Positions 19,152 through 29,363 of a stretch of 46,255 nt of DNA are shown piece by piece. Source of the DNA: Candidatus Saccharimonadota bacterium (lineage in GTDB: Bacteria > Patescibacteriota > Saccharimonadia > Saccharimonadales > 2-12-FULL-41-12); contig JALHOM010000006.1 in the NCBI GenBank assembly GCA_022842995.1, positions 19,459 to 65,713 on the forward strand, in the 5' to 3' direction. The notes beneath the pieces were generated by a model. That model was given only the letters and a program-made list of their open reading frames with translations. It was not told the origin of the DNA and did not search any database. The translations under genes were made by a program, and so were the position numbers. Position 1 is the stretch's first letter. The number at the start of each line of letters is the position of its first letter.

Positions 19152-19220
19152 CGTGGAATCGCCCGTACCTTGCAAGGTACGGGTTGGAGACCTTTATACT
19201 TACCGTTGTACTATGCCCCT
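19152..19220 (-). pseudogene. partial tRNA-Trp copy interrupted by a 22-bp palindrome
   Basis: 19184-19220 matches 18855-18891 at 36/37. 19152-19161 matches 18828-18837. CCCGTACCTTGCAAGGTACGGG lies between them. Confidence 0.85.
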
Positions 19221-19325
19221 TTAGACAACAAAACAATAGTAGCAAAATCCACGTAGTTTTGCGAGATGGCATATTCAGAGATAACTCTTTTTATTACGGG
19301 TGAAATCTGCTATAAAGTTATGAGA

Positions 19326-19988
19326 ATGTCAGGCAAAATAACTCCTAAAAAGCCATTCGTGGTTATGATGTACGGCTTTCCAGGCTCCGGGAAAACAGCT
19401 TTTGCGCGTCAAATGAGCGAAGAATTAGGGGTTATTCACCTCCAGGAAGACCGTATTCTTCATGAATTGTTCGGAGGAAATATCTCTCCGGCAACTAAGA
19501 AGGCGTCACGTAAAGTCATGAACTTTATATTGGGCGATTACCTAAAATCCGGTATGTCAGTGATGTATGACGCAAGCGTTCTACGGTCTAGTGAACGTCG
19601 TCGCGTCAGAGAGATCGTACATCAATACCGCGCAACTCATCTCCTGGTCTGGTTACAGGTCGATCCCGAAACTTGTTATGAGCGAACCCGTAAGCGTGAT
19701 CACCGCAAAGCAGACGATAAGTACGCCCCCGACTATACCGAAGACGACTTTCGGGAAATCCTATCGTTCATGCAAAACCCGAACATGGAAGACTACATTG
19801 TTGTCAGTGGTAAGCATACATTTAACACTCAACGCTCGGCGGTAGTCAAAAAACTCATGGATCTCGACATTATAACTGTCGAAGAAGCCTCCCAGAATAT
19901 CGTTAAGCCAGGCCTTATGAATCTCGTTCCAAAGTCTAACTTACAGATGCGCGGGGATATTATTAACCGCAACATCCCTCTGAGATAA
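19326..19988 (+). CDS. P-loop kinase (AAA_33-like)
   Basis: MYGFPGSGKT Walker A and VMYDAS. The start is probably 19320 or 19326, after TGCTATAAA. Confidence 0.8.
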   Translation: MSGKITPKKPFVVMMYGFPGSGKTAFARQMSEELGVIHLQEDRILHELFGGNISPATKKASRKVMNFILGDYLKSGMSVMYDASVLRSSERRRVREIVHQYRATHLLVWLQVDPETCYERTRKRDHRKADDKYAPDYTEDDFREILSFMQNPNMEDYIVVSGKHTFNTQRSAVVKKLMDLDIITVEEASQNIVKPGLMNLVPKSNLQMRGDIINRNIPLR

Positions 19989-20710
19989 TGCCAGATTATG
20001 AGTTAGAGCTTGCAGGCATCGGCACTGTAGCTGTAACCGAAAAACGTGGTATGCGTTCACTCCGCATGCGGATTTCGCCAAAAGGCCAGGTCCTCGTCTC
20101 TGTTCCGCCTCGTGTTCCGCACGATTATGTAGAAAAATTCATACTAGATCGTCGTGACTGGATCTTAGACAATCTCCCCAAAAACCAGCCAGTGATCATA
20201 AACGGGGGCTATTTCGCAGGCAATGTAAAACTCGTGATCCGTGAAGGTGCCGTATCAAGAAGTCGTAGTGCAATGATGCAAAGCAACCTCATCATTCATC
20301 TTAAGGGTATCTACGACCCAATTAATAAGACTCAGCAGGAGTACATCGAAAAAAAGATTCTCTTAGCGATGAACACCCTGGCCGAAAGAACTCTTCTGCC
20401 GAGGCTCGAAGAACTAGCCACAAGATCTGACCACAAGTTTAATCAGGCGTACGTTAAACCGCTTATCAGCCGGTGGGGAAGTTGCGACAGCAATCAAAAC
20501 ATCATCCTTAATACCTACCTGGTTCAAGTACCAAAAATTCTGCAAGATTACGTAATCTACCACGAATTAACGCATACCAAACACATGCATCATGGCAAAG
20601 AATTCTGGAGTCACATGGCGAGCTTGCAGCCAAGCTACAAACTTTACCGCTCCATGCTAAAAAAATACCAAACAGCTATTGTAATGACCGAAAATCCAAG
20701 CGAGCCGTAA
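19988..20710 (+). CDS. YgjP/DUF45-family metal-dependent hydrolase
   Basis: SRWGSC and DYVIYHELTH..HMHHGKEFW. Confidence 0.88.
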   Translation: MPDYELELAGIGTVAVTEKRGMRSLRMRISPKGQVLVSVPPRVPHDYVEKFILDRRDWILDNLPKNQPVIINGGYFAGNVKLVIREGAVSRSRSAMMQSNLIIHLKGIYDPINKTQQEYIEKKILLAMNTLAERTLLPRLEELATRSDHKFNQAYVKPLISRWGSCDSNQNIILNTYLVQVPKILQDYVIYHELTHTKHMHHGKEFWSHMASLQPSYKLYRSMLKKYQTAIVMTENPSEP

Positions 20711-20733
20711 TGCTTATGGCATAATAGGACTAT

Positions 20734-21897
20734 ATGCCGAACAAAAAGCCTCTCAAAAAGACCAAACCAAAGCCAACAGTCGAAGCGCTTATTTCCGAGC
20801 ATCAAGCAGCCTCATTAGTTTCTGCAGAGCTAGAAAGAGAACGCTTGCTTTCATTGATCAACAGCATGGCGGACGGCGTTATTGCTACCGACGAACATGG
20901 CAAGATAGCTCTGTATAATGGCGCGGCTCTCAATATCCTTGACCAGAATATCAATCTCGCGAAAAAAAAGATCGATTCAGTGGCCAAAATTGTTGATAGT
21001 AACAACCAGCCAATCTCACTGACCGACATGATTATCACGACGACAACTCAAGTTACCTCCCGAGATCACAAGATTATTTACGCCGATGGCAGTATCGGCA
21101 ACCTCTATTTATCGATTGCTCCCGTAAAACTTGGTTTCGGCGTAGATGGCAACAAGGGATTCGTCGTCTTACTACGTGATATCACCAGAGAAAAATCACT
21201 CGAAGAAGAACGAGATGAATTCATCAGTGTTGTCAGTCACGAACTCCGCACGCCAATCGCCATAGCCGAAGGACACATTGGTAACGCCCAGTTTATGTTC
21301 GAAAGAACCGAAGGCAATCCCGAAGTCAAAAAAACACTCGATATCGCTCATGAACAAGTCGTCTTTTTGGCTGGGATGATCAACGACCTCGCAACGCTCT
21401 CTCGGGCCGAACGTGGAGTCTTGAAAGTCGAACCCGAGCCGATCAACACGCACGACCTCGTCAAAGAACTTCACGCTACTTATAGTATTGATGCTGCGGC
21501 AAAAGGCCTCAAGCTGAATATTCGACTTGACCCCAAGCTCGAACTACTCAGTAGCAGTAAACTCTACGTAAAAGAAGTTCTACAAAACTTCATTACAAAT
21601 GCAATCAAATATACCGAAAAGGGCAGCATTTTATTGAGTGCCACACATAGGCTCGACGGCGTACTTTTTGAAGTATCGGACACTGGTATCGGGATATCTA
21701 AAACAGATCAAGAAAGAGTGTTCGATAAGTTTTTTAGGAGCGAAGACTTCCGAACACGTGCTAGTAGCGGAACCGGACTGGGCCTTTACGTGACCATGAA
21801 GCTGGCTCGGTTAATCCACGCCGAGATAAGTCTTCACAGTGGACTAAATCACGGCACGACGTTCTCTATATTTATACCAAATTATTGCGAAATCTAG
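20734..21897 (+). CDS. cytoplasmic PAS-domain histidine kinase
   Basis: INSMADGVIATD (PAS), SHELRTP H-box, NFITNAIKY, DTGIGI and GTGLGL. Confidence 0.92.
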   Translation: MPNKKPLKKTKPKPTVEALISEHQAASLVSAELERERLLSLINSMADGVIATDEHGKIALYNGAALNILDQNINLAKKKIDSVAKIVDSNNQPISLTDMIITTTTQVTSRDHKIIYADGSIGNLYLSIAPVKLGFGVDGNKGFVVLLRDITREKSLEEERDEFISVVSHELRTPIAIAEGHIGNAQFMFERTEGNPEVKKTLDIAHEQVVFLAGMINDLATLSRAERGVLKVEPEPINTHDLVKELHATYSIDAAAKGLKLNIRLDPKLELLSSSKLYVKEVLQNFITNAIKYTEKGSILLSATHRLDGVLFEVSDTGIGISKTDQERVFDKFFRSEDFRTRASSGTGLGLYVTMKLARLIHAEISLHSGLNHGTTFSIFIPNYCEI

Positions 21898-21910
21898 ACT
21901 TTCGAAGAGA

Positions 21911-23413
21911 CTATCTAATTTTTGGCAATCGGGGAATAGTCGTTAATACTGGTCGACAGACGTTACGTCCCTTCCAGACTACTTCAGAGAATTCATATGC
22001 CCACATAGAATAGATCATGACGATGATCTCTAGGATTACACTTACAGGGAACAAAACAACTTTACGCATACTTATAGAGCCCGATACAGCCCTACAAACA
22101 CGGGCTTGGATATATAGCAGAACTAATGAAGCAAGCAGACTAAGAAGTAGTATGTAGGCCGGGAATCCATAGATGACTGAGGCGATACAGATAAGTCCAG
22201 GCGACAAAAAGAAAACTGCATACCACACAGAAGATACGATTATACGCTCTATTTGGTTCCCGGACTCTGGATATCGTGTCCTGACGGCCGTGTTCCACTG
22301 TGCCTTGAGGCTTTTAACGCTATAAAGACCTAAGCCACTGCCTGCAAGGAAAAACGAATATGAGCCCGATCTACTACCTAAGCGGGCAAAGAACCTTTCG
22401 GGACGAATCGTTTTTTTAGCAGCACCAAAACCGCCTGATTTAGATAGAAAGCTACGCTCTGCTAGCCACACAGTACTTATGACTGGCGGAACTCTGCTGA
22501 AAATTTTTGGCAATACCAGCTCACGATAGTAACGCAGCGGTTGCAGTATGAAACCGTCATCATACGCTTTCGGTCGGCTAGGCAGTATGGAGCACACTCG
22601 TGTTTTTTCAGCTAAAACGCGTGAAAAGATTGTGCGCAGATCTGTTTTGGCGAACCGGACATCTACTCCACAAAAAAGGACATATCGCCCCTGGGACTCA
22701 TCCAAAAGCTGTTGATAGGCATAGTTTTTGGCTAGCCAAGATTGAGCAGGTGCTTTGCCTTCAATAAAACGCACTCCTCTGTGGGCAAAGTCGCGGATAA
22801 TCTGCGGGGTCGTATCCTGTGAACAGTCATCTAAAACGAGTATCTCCATTTTTGGGTAATCTGACTCAAGAATAGACTCAAGGCAATCTTCTAGTTCGGC
22901 TGTTTCATTTCTGGCTGGAATGGCTACCGTTATGGTCGGCAGATTTTTGTCACTTAGCATTTTCTTGGCACTTTGAAACCGAGATTTAGCCACTGCATCT
23001 CTCGTATGGAACAAAAATACGAGGGCAACAACAAACTGTAGAGTAACTATGGCACCGAGTAACTGAATACCCGTAACTGAGTATTCTTCGATAATCGCTA
23101 TCGATAGAATGAACGCCGTCAGCATACAACTGAGCCATAGCGATGAAATAAAATGTCGTTTCCTGAGCTCAATATAGCGTGATGGTCGATGTGCGAGGCG
23201 CAAGATCGAAAACAAGTGGAATAATTGTAAAATAGCGAGTGTAACGGAGAAGATTAAGCCTTCATTAGCAACGAGCAAAAGTCCAACTGAAACCCCGATC
23301 AACACAACATTCAACGAAGACAGCAAAAGTCGAGCGGGCCATAGTAGCTTACTCGATATAACGAGCGAAATCAGAAAAGTCGCAATGACCAACCAAAGAT
23401 ACTGTTCGTTCAT
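21911..23413 (-). CDS. membrane GT2 glycosyltransferase
   Basis: Multiple TM segments, IPARNE, LDDCSQD, WLAKNYA and C-terminal VWKGR. Confidence 0.82.
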   Translation of the reverse strand: MNEQYLWLVIATFLISLVISSKLLWPARLLLSSLNVVLIGVSVGLLLVANEGLIFSVTLAILQLFHLFSILRLAHRPSRYIELRKRHFISSLWLSCMLTAFILSIAIIEEYSVTGIQLLGAIVTLQFVVALVFLFHTRDAVAKSRFQSAKKMLSDKNLPTITVAIPARNETAELEDCLESILESDYPKMEILVLDDCSQDTTPQIIRDFAHRGVRFIEGKAPAQSWLAKNYAYQQLLDESQGRYVLFCGVDVRFAKTDLRTIFSRVLAEKTRVCSILPSRPKAYDDGFILQPLRYYRELVLPKIFSRVPPVISTVWLAERSFLSKSGGFGAAKKTIRPERFFARLGSRSGSYSFFLAGSGLGLYSVKSLKAQWNTAVRTRYPESGNQIERIIVSSVWYAVFFLSPGLICIASVIYGFPAYILLLSLLASLVLLYIQARVCRAVSGSISMRKVVLFPVSVILEIIVMIYSMWAYEFSEVVWKGRNVCRPVLTTIPRLPKIR

Positions 23414-23492
23414 ACCTATTTACCAATCATAGAGTTTACGCTTATTTTATCATTTTTTAAAACAGTGTATTTGTTTTCTTGTCGACAAAAGA

Positions 23493-23521
23493 TTGACCAA
23501 ACGGCGGACTTACGGTAAGCT
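23493..23521 (+). promoter_or_regulatory. sigma70 promoter of secE-nusG
   Basis: TTGACC-N17-TAAGCT. Confidence 0.55.
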
Positions 23522-23586
23522 ATTGACGAAAGCACGAAATAGTCTACTTAAGTTATAGGTAGGCTTTTTTAATTGGAGAAATACGC

Positions 23587-24012
23587 GTGGCCGAGGAAGA
23601 CAAGACAGTTAACAAACGTACGAAACGCAGTAATGCACCGAAGAAAACTCAATCTGTTCGTGAAAAACGCGAAGCTCATACAACCGCCAAACCTAAGCGC
23701 ATTCGATCAACTGCCGGCAAGATAACGACGCCCATCAAGAGCACGAAGAAGCTCGCTACTAAAGAAATACACGTCGTACCTCTACCCGATAACCGCATCG
23801 GTAAGTTCCTCGGCAAGAAAGGCCGATTGACGCCTAAGTTTGTGCGCGAAGCCTTTGCCGAAGTAAAGCTTGTGACTTGGCCGGATCGTAAAAATACGGT
23901 TAAGCTTACTATGGCAGTTTTTATTTTTGCTGTTATTTTTGCAGCAATTGTAGGCCTGCTTGACTGGGGACTTGGCGAATTGTTTGAAGAGTTTGTAGTT
24001 AAAAGAACGTAG
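23587..24012 (+). CDS. secE: preprotein translocase SecE with long basic N-terminal extension
   Basis: FVREAFAEVKLVTWPDR followed by one TM helix. Located upstream of nusG. Confidence 0.9.
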   Translation: MAEEDKTVNKRTKRSNAPKKTQSVREKREAHTTAKPKRIRSTAGKITTPIKSTKKLATKEIHVVPLPDNRIGKFLGKKGRLTPKFVREAFAEVKLVTWPDRKNTVKLTMAVFIFAVIFAAIVGLLDWGLGELFEEFVVKRT

Positions 24013-24059
24013 TAACGCTGCGTCGTTTAGTCCTAGCACAATCAATCACGGAGAAAAGC

Positions 24060-24602
24060 ATGTCAAAAAGATACGATTCTAAAAAACACTGGTACGCCAT
24101 CCATACCTATAGTGGCTACGAAGAGAAGGTTGCTGAAAGTATTCGCCAACGAGCCGAGAGTCTCGATATGGGAGATAAGATCTTTGACGTCCTGGTACCT
24201 AAAGAGAAGATGATAGAAATCAAGAACGGCAAACGCAAAGTCGTCGAAAAGAAGATTTTTCAAGGCTACGTACTGGTTCAGATGAAGCTTTCTGAGGATG
24301 CATGGTACATTGTGCGAAACACACCCAACGTCACTGGATTTGTCGGTACGGGCATCGACCCTACCCCGGTTAGCGATGACGAGATGGAGAAAATCAGCAA
24401 ACGCATGGGGCTCGAGCAGCCAAAACACAAGATAGATTTTTCTGTCGGCGAAGTTGTGAGCATTACAGACGGACCATTTAAGGGCTTCGACGGCTCCATT
24501 AGCGAAATTGACCCTACTAAAGGCAAGATCAAAGTCTTGGTCAACATGTTCGGCCGAGAAACACCGGTAGAACTCGACAGTCTCCAGGTCAAAAAAGTCT
24601 AG
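24060..24602 (+). CDS. nusG: transcription factor NusG
   Basis: WYAIHTYSGYE, FQGYVLV, VRNTPNVTGF and KOW motif DGPFKGF..MFGRETPVEL. Confidence 0.97.
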   Translation: MSKRYDSKKHWYAIHTYSGYEEKVAESIRQRAESLDMGDKIFDVLVPKEKMIEIKNGKRKVVEKKIFQGYVLVQMKLSEDAWYIVRNTPNVTGFVGTGIDPTPVSDDEMEKISKRMGLEQPKHKIDFSVGEVVSITDGPFKGFDGSISEIDPTKGKIKVLVNMFGRETPVELDSLQVKKV

Positions 24603-24677
24603 TATATTGCCACAGCAATTGTGGCAGATCTGCTTCCTAAAAGTTCAATATTCTTCATTTAGAGAAATGTAACAGTA

Positions 24678-25409
24678 ATGATAAATCCTAATTCTCAACC
24701 CACATTTCCTAGTATTACCGAAGGGCATTATTATGACTCCCGCAGCCTCTGGCGAAGATGCATTGTTACTACGCTGGCAGGTTTACTATCAACAGCAATG
24801 CAGCCTGCTAAACTAGATGCGATTCCGCGGCCTGTTGACTCGTCGCAGAGAGGACAGGAGCCCCCGGACCCTATGGGCAATCTTTGTGCAATCCCAGACG
24901 GCTATAGGCCTATCGGCGACTATACTAGAACCAACTCAGACACAGTAAAAGGTGTTGATACACACATTAAGGTTCTCGGCATGCCCCCACGTATCCTGAG
25001 GCCAAAAAGACGATTAGGCCCCAATTTTATACAGAATATTCCAGGTCGCATTACCCTACGCGGTTCAACAGAGGCACTTTCAAAAATTCAGAGTCTGGAA
25101 GTTTTCTCGTGTCAACGATTTGAACCAGTAGATAGTCGTAAGGCAATCTATTCTGCGCCAGTTCGGAAGGCATCTATAAATGACTATCAGGACATTCAGA
25201 ACGGTATTCGTGGATCGATTGTAATGAGAGAAAGATCGCTCGAACTGAACCTGGCTCCTACCAAAATGAAGTGCGTAGGACTCAGGGGTAGATATTTCCC
25301 AGCCTCCGGGATCGCAGCCGCATTTAGATTTTTCGATGACCCACTTATTTATGTGACAAAAACATATATAGACAGATCTTATCCGACGGGACTCATTATT
25401 CGCTGCTAG
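24678..25409 (+). CDS. secreted orphan protein (Cys-scaffold family)
   Basis: Basic plus hydrophobic N-region, four spaced Cys in the mature part, terminal Cys. Confidence 0.62.
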   Translation: MINPNSQPTFPSITEGHYYDSRSLWRRCIVTTLAGLLSTAMQPAKLDAIPRPVDSSQRGQEPPDPMGNLCAIPDGYRPIGDYTRTNSDTVKGVDTHIKVLGMPPRILRPKRRLGPNFIQNIPGRITLRGSTEALSKIQSLEVFSCQRFEPVDSRKAIYSAPVRKASINDYQDIQNGIRGSIVMRERSLELNLAPTKMKCVGLRGRYFPASGIAAAFRFFDDPLIYVTKTYIDRSYPTGLIIRC

Positions 25410-25564
25410 TCCCTGTGCTCATGCTTGGCTCTTGTTTGAATCGACTAGACCTCGTTTCTCAGGTCCTCAAAGTTTGTCCGTCATACGATAATTTAAGCTG
25501 CTCATTCGGAAGAGGCCCTCTCCGATTTATCAATCGAAATATCGGGTGGGGGGGTATTGATCGG

Positions 25565-26407
25565 TTAACGTCGAAGCTGAGGGGTTGGCTGGGGATAACC
25601 GCTAACAATTGGGCGCACAACTTTGTTCTTACGAACGAAAAGAGGATCTTCGGAAACCTGGCTTGGTGAATGAGGCCCAACCCATGCACGCGTACAGTTT
25701 AATGACGTGCTAGGGAATAACGAGCTGTAATTCACTGCCAGACCCAAGCCTGCTACTGCAGTCAAACTGCCACAAAGCATGTCGCGTCTAATTCCAGTAT
25801 CTTGGTCGTAGGCGACTAGTACGATTTTGCCCCTATTCTTTGGTTCGGCCTTTACAGGTTTACCGTTTCGGTCTGGCGTACGGTTAGCATGGAAAGCATA
25901 CACTTCTCTTCCTAGCAGCAGGGCCGACCCAGTGGCCAATACATAGCGACCGTATTTCAACCTAGGTGGCATAGGCGGTGGCGGAGTTGAAGTATTGTTA
26001 CGGGCAAAGGGATTATCTATAGTAGGTAACTCTATAGGAGGTGATCCAGACTGTCTCCAGAGCACATATCCTCCTCCGATGATCAGCGGTCCTACTGGAC
26101 CAGTTGGAGATAATAAACCTACAAGGCTCTGAGCAGCTCTCTCCTTGGCAGGTTCTGGTGCGGTTTCGGTGCTACCACCGGTTATGGACCCTCTATCAAT
26201 TGTGATGGGCTTGTTTGCTTGGCCCGTTTGAGCACCGTGAAGATTGGGAACTGCAAATGCAGCAGCAAAACTTGCAACTGCTATTGCAGTAAGACGTTGT
26301 AAGGTATGGGTCCGAACAGTTGTCGGTACGCCTTCATGAGTACGTTGCTCATGAGGTGCTCGTTGTTCTGGTTTTCTTCCTTGATTATTGGTGGCACTAC
26401 GTAACAT
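25565..26407 (-). CDS. exported Pro-rich orphan protein
   Basis: Signal-like LTAIAVASFAAAFAVP and Pro-rich linkers. Own promoter TTGCAT-N17-TATAAA and SD AGGA. Confidence 0.55.
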   Translation of the reverse strand: MLRSATNNQGRKPEQRAPHEQRTHEGVPTTVRTHTLQRLTAIAVASFAAAFAVPNLHGAQTGQANKPITIDRGSITGGSTETAPEPAKERAAQSLVGLLSPTGPVGPLIIGGGYVLWRQSGSPPIELPTIDNPFARNNTSTPPPPMPPRLKYGRYVLATGSALLLGREVYAFHANRTPDRNGKPVKAEPKNRGKIVLVAYDQDTGIRRDMLCGSLTAVAGLGLAVNYSSLFPSTSLNCTRAWVGPHSPSQVSEDPLFVRKNKVVRPIVSGYPQPTPQLRR

Positions 26408-26605
26408 AATTTGTCCTAAAAAAGTTATTTATTCAAGCATTTATATAGCTAGCTTGACGAGGATGCAAGAAAAATATTTTTTGACAACGTTCTGAATGGT
26501 TACTCCAAGTAGTTATTCTGTTGTAGAAAATGGGACAGCCTTGTATACGGAGTATCGGAATTGCTAAGCTTGAATTTATTTTAAAAGCCAATTAAGCAAA
26601 ACTTT

Positions 26606-27355
26606 ATGTCCGAGACAGTACCAAAACAATCACGCAATTATCATTACCGGCCCCCTCGTTCTAAGAGAGTACTCGTCAGGGCTGCTATGTTAACTCCTTT
26701 TCTGATTAGCTTTCAGCCCTCTGATTTATCAGATAAAGCAGCGGCAGCAAGAACCCCTTTATCCGAATCATTTTGCCAGCCAAGCACCCTGTTCGCAGGA
26801 ATGCAGCCAGTAACCCTGTCAATACATGACAACAACTATCCGTTACGAAACATCAGCTTCGGGATAAAAGCGCCCGACAGAGTTCGTGCTTGGCCGCTTA
26901 GACCTGCTCCGGCACAGCATCGTTATTCTCGAGCACTTACCCCTGGCTCTATCGAGTTATCTGGGACTGGTCTTGAACGATTGGCTTATTTTACTGTAAC
27001 AACGTGCTTCGGTCCGATCCCTGCCGGCTATCCACAGGGGGTTGCCCCACCCAGAGAATATAGAGTTAGGCGAACTTATTGCAATGAGATAATGCCCCCA
27101 TCAATACTTAATACAAGCTGCCAGGGTTACTTTAATCCGTATTTCGCTTATCAGCGTATCGGCAACCAGCAAATCCGCAAAAAGACATGTCTCCCTGGTA
27201 GAATCCAGGCATCGTCTCTAACAGGAATCCAAGTTTCGGCTGGGCTAGTACGATTGCCAGAAGCCAGTTCTAGTTCGCTAGGTCCAGTAATTCCAGTTCA
27301 CCTACGGTCAACTATAAAACGCGATGACACGGCCAACTGCCTCGTGAGAATCTAA
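26606..27355 (+). CDS. secreted orphan protein (Cys-scaffold family)
   Basis: Signal-like N-terminus ending KAAAA, PGSIELSGTGLERL motif, six Cys. Confidence 0.62.
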   Translation: MSETVPKQSRNYHYRPPRSKRVLVRAAMLTPFLISFQPSDLSDKAAAARTPLSESFCQPSTLFAGMQPVTLSIHDNNYPLRNISFGIKAPDRVRAWPLRPAPAQHRYSRALTPGSIELSGTGLERLAYFTVTTCFGPIPAGYPQGVAPPREYRVRRTYCNEIMPPSILNTSCQGYFNPYFAYQRIGNQQIRKKTCLPGRIQASSLTGIQVSAGLVRLPEASSSSLGPVIPVHLRSTIKRDDTANCLVRI

Positions 27356-27393
27356 ATGCAGATTAGATAAATTTAATGAAGTCAGGTTAGCTT

Positions 27394-28113
27394 ATGCACC
27401 CAGAAAGAATTAAACCAAGGTTCAGCACCCTACTAGCAGCTGGTCTCGCGTGTGGAGCCGGGATCAACCCCGGCTTAGGTGTCGCGATAAGCGGAGTGAT
27501 GACGCCGGAGACCGCGAGAATAGCAACCGGCTGTTTTCCGAATACTCAATTTCGAGACTTAGATGTTCGTCTCGGGACGGACAGCACTGTTCCATTGCTT
27601 GGCGCCAGCGTGATAAAGACAATAGGCGGCCCTTCAATTTTCGGGACTAGGCCGTCTATCAAAACAGCCGCACTATCCGGGCCATCCGTGGTCGAGATCA
27701 ATGACTTCTCTAGGGTTCATGGAAGTGGCATCTCGCAAATAGCCAGAGTAGAAGCCAGGTCGTATTTGGCAATATATCCAAAGAACATGATACCCGGAGC
27801 TGACGTTAAGCCAGTGTGCTTGCCGTCAAGAAACCCGGCAGTGATTACTAGAGGAAACCCAAGATGGCGGGACACTAAGATCACTTTGACATCAACAGTG
27901 CCTACTATTAAATGCAGGCTCTCAGACAGAGATCGTTACTTTATGGCTGGGGTTTCACTTAGCCTCATCTATGTTCGGGGCCAACCCGACAATCCATTTA
28001 GGTTCGGGTTTCATATCAATGACGCAGGGCCATTAACAACATTTTGCCGACCGATGTATTCCAGGGCTGAATTACAGAGAATACGAGATGACCCACTTAC
28101 CAAAAAGCGGTAA
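27394..28113 (+). CDS. secreted orphan protein (Cys-scaffold family)
   Basis: Hydrophobic N-terminus, HGSGISQIARVE, IKCRLSDRDRYFMAG and four mature Cys. Confidence 0.62.
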   Translation: MHPERIKPRFSTLLAAGLACGAGINPGLGVAISGVMTPETARIATGCFPNTQFRDLDVRLGTDSTVPLLGASVIKTIGGPSIFGTRPSIKTAALSGPSVVEINDFSRVHGSGISQIARVEARSYLAIYPKNMIPGADVKPVCLPSRNPAVITRGNPRWRDTKITLTSTVPTIKCRLSDRDRYFMAGVSLSLIYVRGQPDNPFRFGFHINDAGPLTTFCRPMYSRAELQRIRDDPLTKKR

Positions 28114-28262
28114 CATTCGGTGTCAATAGTCCTTGAGGTTATGCAATGTTGTATTTTTACCTACATTGTCTAAGATAATACCGAACACTAATTGAGCAAT
28201 ATCTATTTACATTGCGCAACTATGTTTGGTAGTGTGAGGAAATTATTTTACAAAGGATTATT

Positions 28263-29231
28263 ATGAGACACAATGGTCAGAAATTACCGGTAAAATTAGT
28301 CCGCGTTGCAGCCGCAGCCGGATTAGCTGTGCCTTTCGTCCCAGTAGCAGGTGATAAGGTCGGTGAAATGTTCCCTGGGCAACAGACGCCTGCCCTTGAA
28401 CAAGCAGTTAATCCTGCTGCTGAGGCAGCTTCGAGACAGAGAACTATCGTCAAGACCAAAACAATTTGTATCGGTGCAGGAACTCATTTGTTTAGTACGC
28501 GTGCGGCTATCAACAATAGAGCCGGGGATGCAGGGGTCACTGAATCGCAAGCCACGGTCAATGCCGTTGTCCGAGGAGCAAGAAACCAAAGGCAAGATTA
28601 TTACGTCAGAACTGCACCTGGGCGACAAGATTTAGTAAAGAGGTGGTTTACATCGCTAAACATTGCGGGTCAAGAACCAAACATCACAAACGGCCCCTGT
28701 TCGCTCAGAGACTCAGAGACAGGAACTAGGCTTCGCCCCGACACGCCAGCTACTCAAACATTTCCAAAAAAACTGGTCAGAGACGTCAACGAAGATGGTT
28801 CAGCTGTTTTTGCAGATGTCGCAGCCCTGAGCACTTCTTGCGATATCTATTCTGGGGGCACTCCTAAAGCAACAGTTGAAGTGACTCTTAATACCAATAC
28901 GTCAAGAAGAGTCACCGGACTTAGGCTTGGATTTCATGATCCAACGAGATACTTCCCGCCATTCGATCTATTAACAGGCAACCAAGCTGCCCTTCCTGCA
29001 TGGTCAGACATAGCAAATCCAGCGCTTCAAAGAGACAAATTTAACCAAATTAGTGTTAGATACGGCGAGTTGACACTCCCTAGGTTTGGGGATGTCGTAT
29101 TATCCCTTACTGTCATCAATCCATCAGGAGGAGCCAGGTTCGTCCATATCGGACAACGGCTTGATGCAGAAAGTTGTAGCTTCGCCTCGGGCAATACTGG
29201 CACCAACAACCAACCACCGGAATTCGAGTAA
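28263..29231 (+). CDS. secreted orphan protein, two Cys pairs
   Basis: SD AAAGGA, signal-like VRVAAAAGLAVPFVP, and beta-rich T/G-rich sequence with four Cys. Confidence 0.62.
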   Translation: MRHNGQKLPVKLVRVAAAAGLAVPFVPVAGDKVGEMFPGQQTPALEQAVNPAAEAASRQRTIVKTKTICIGAGTHLFSTRAAINNRAGDAGVTESQATVNAVVRGARNQRQDYYVRTAPGRQDLVKRWFTSLNIAGQEPNITNGPCSLRDSETGTRLRPDTPATQTFPKKLVRDVNEDGSAVFADVAALSTSCDIYSGGTPKATVEVTLNTNTSRRVTGLRLGFHDPTRYFPPFDLLTGNQAALPAWSDIANPALQRDKFNQISVRYGELTLPRFGDVVLSLTVINPSGGARFVHIGQRLDAESCSFASGNTGTNNQPPEFE

Positions 29232-29341
29232 ATGGACACCAGTCGGATTTGATTTACAACCGGGAAAAGTGTAAAATATTTAGGTTACGCACTTCTGTTC
29301 TTAAAAGAACGTTTATTAAAGTTTATAAGAAAAGGGAAGGA

Positions 29342-29363
29342 GCCCTTCGAGCTAGCTCAGGGC
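29342..29363. repeat. REP-like hairpin in the rplK leader
   Basis: GCCCTTCGAGCTAGCTCAGGGC. Confidence 0.4.

Noticed and set aside
18892-19183. GIY-YIG region as a group I intron in tRNA-Trp
   Set aside because: A complete tRNA follows rather than a 3' exon, and there is no room or motif for a ribozyme core.
20734-21897. Orphan histidine kinase as a novel signalling system
   Set aside because: It has an ordinary PAS-HisKA-HATPase layout, and its regulator may simply lie elsewhere in the genome.
25415-25689. ORF 25459-25689 as a frameshifted C-terminus of 25565-26407
   Set aside because: Possible, but there is no slippery site or homology evidence; it cannot be supported from sequence alone.
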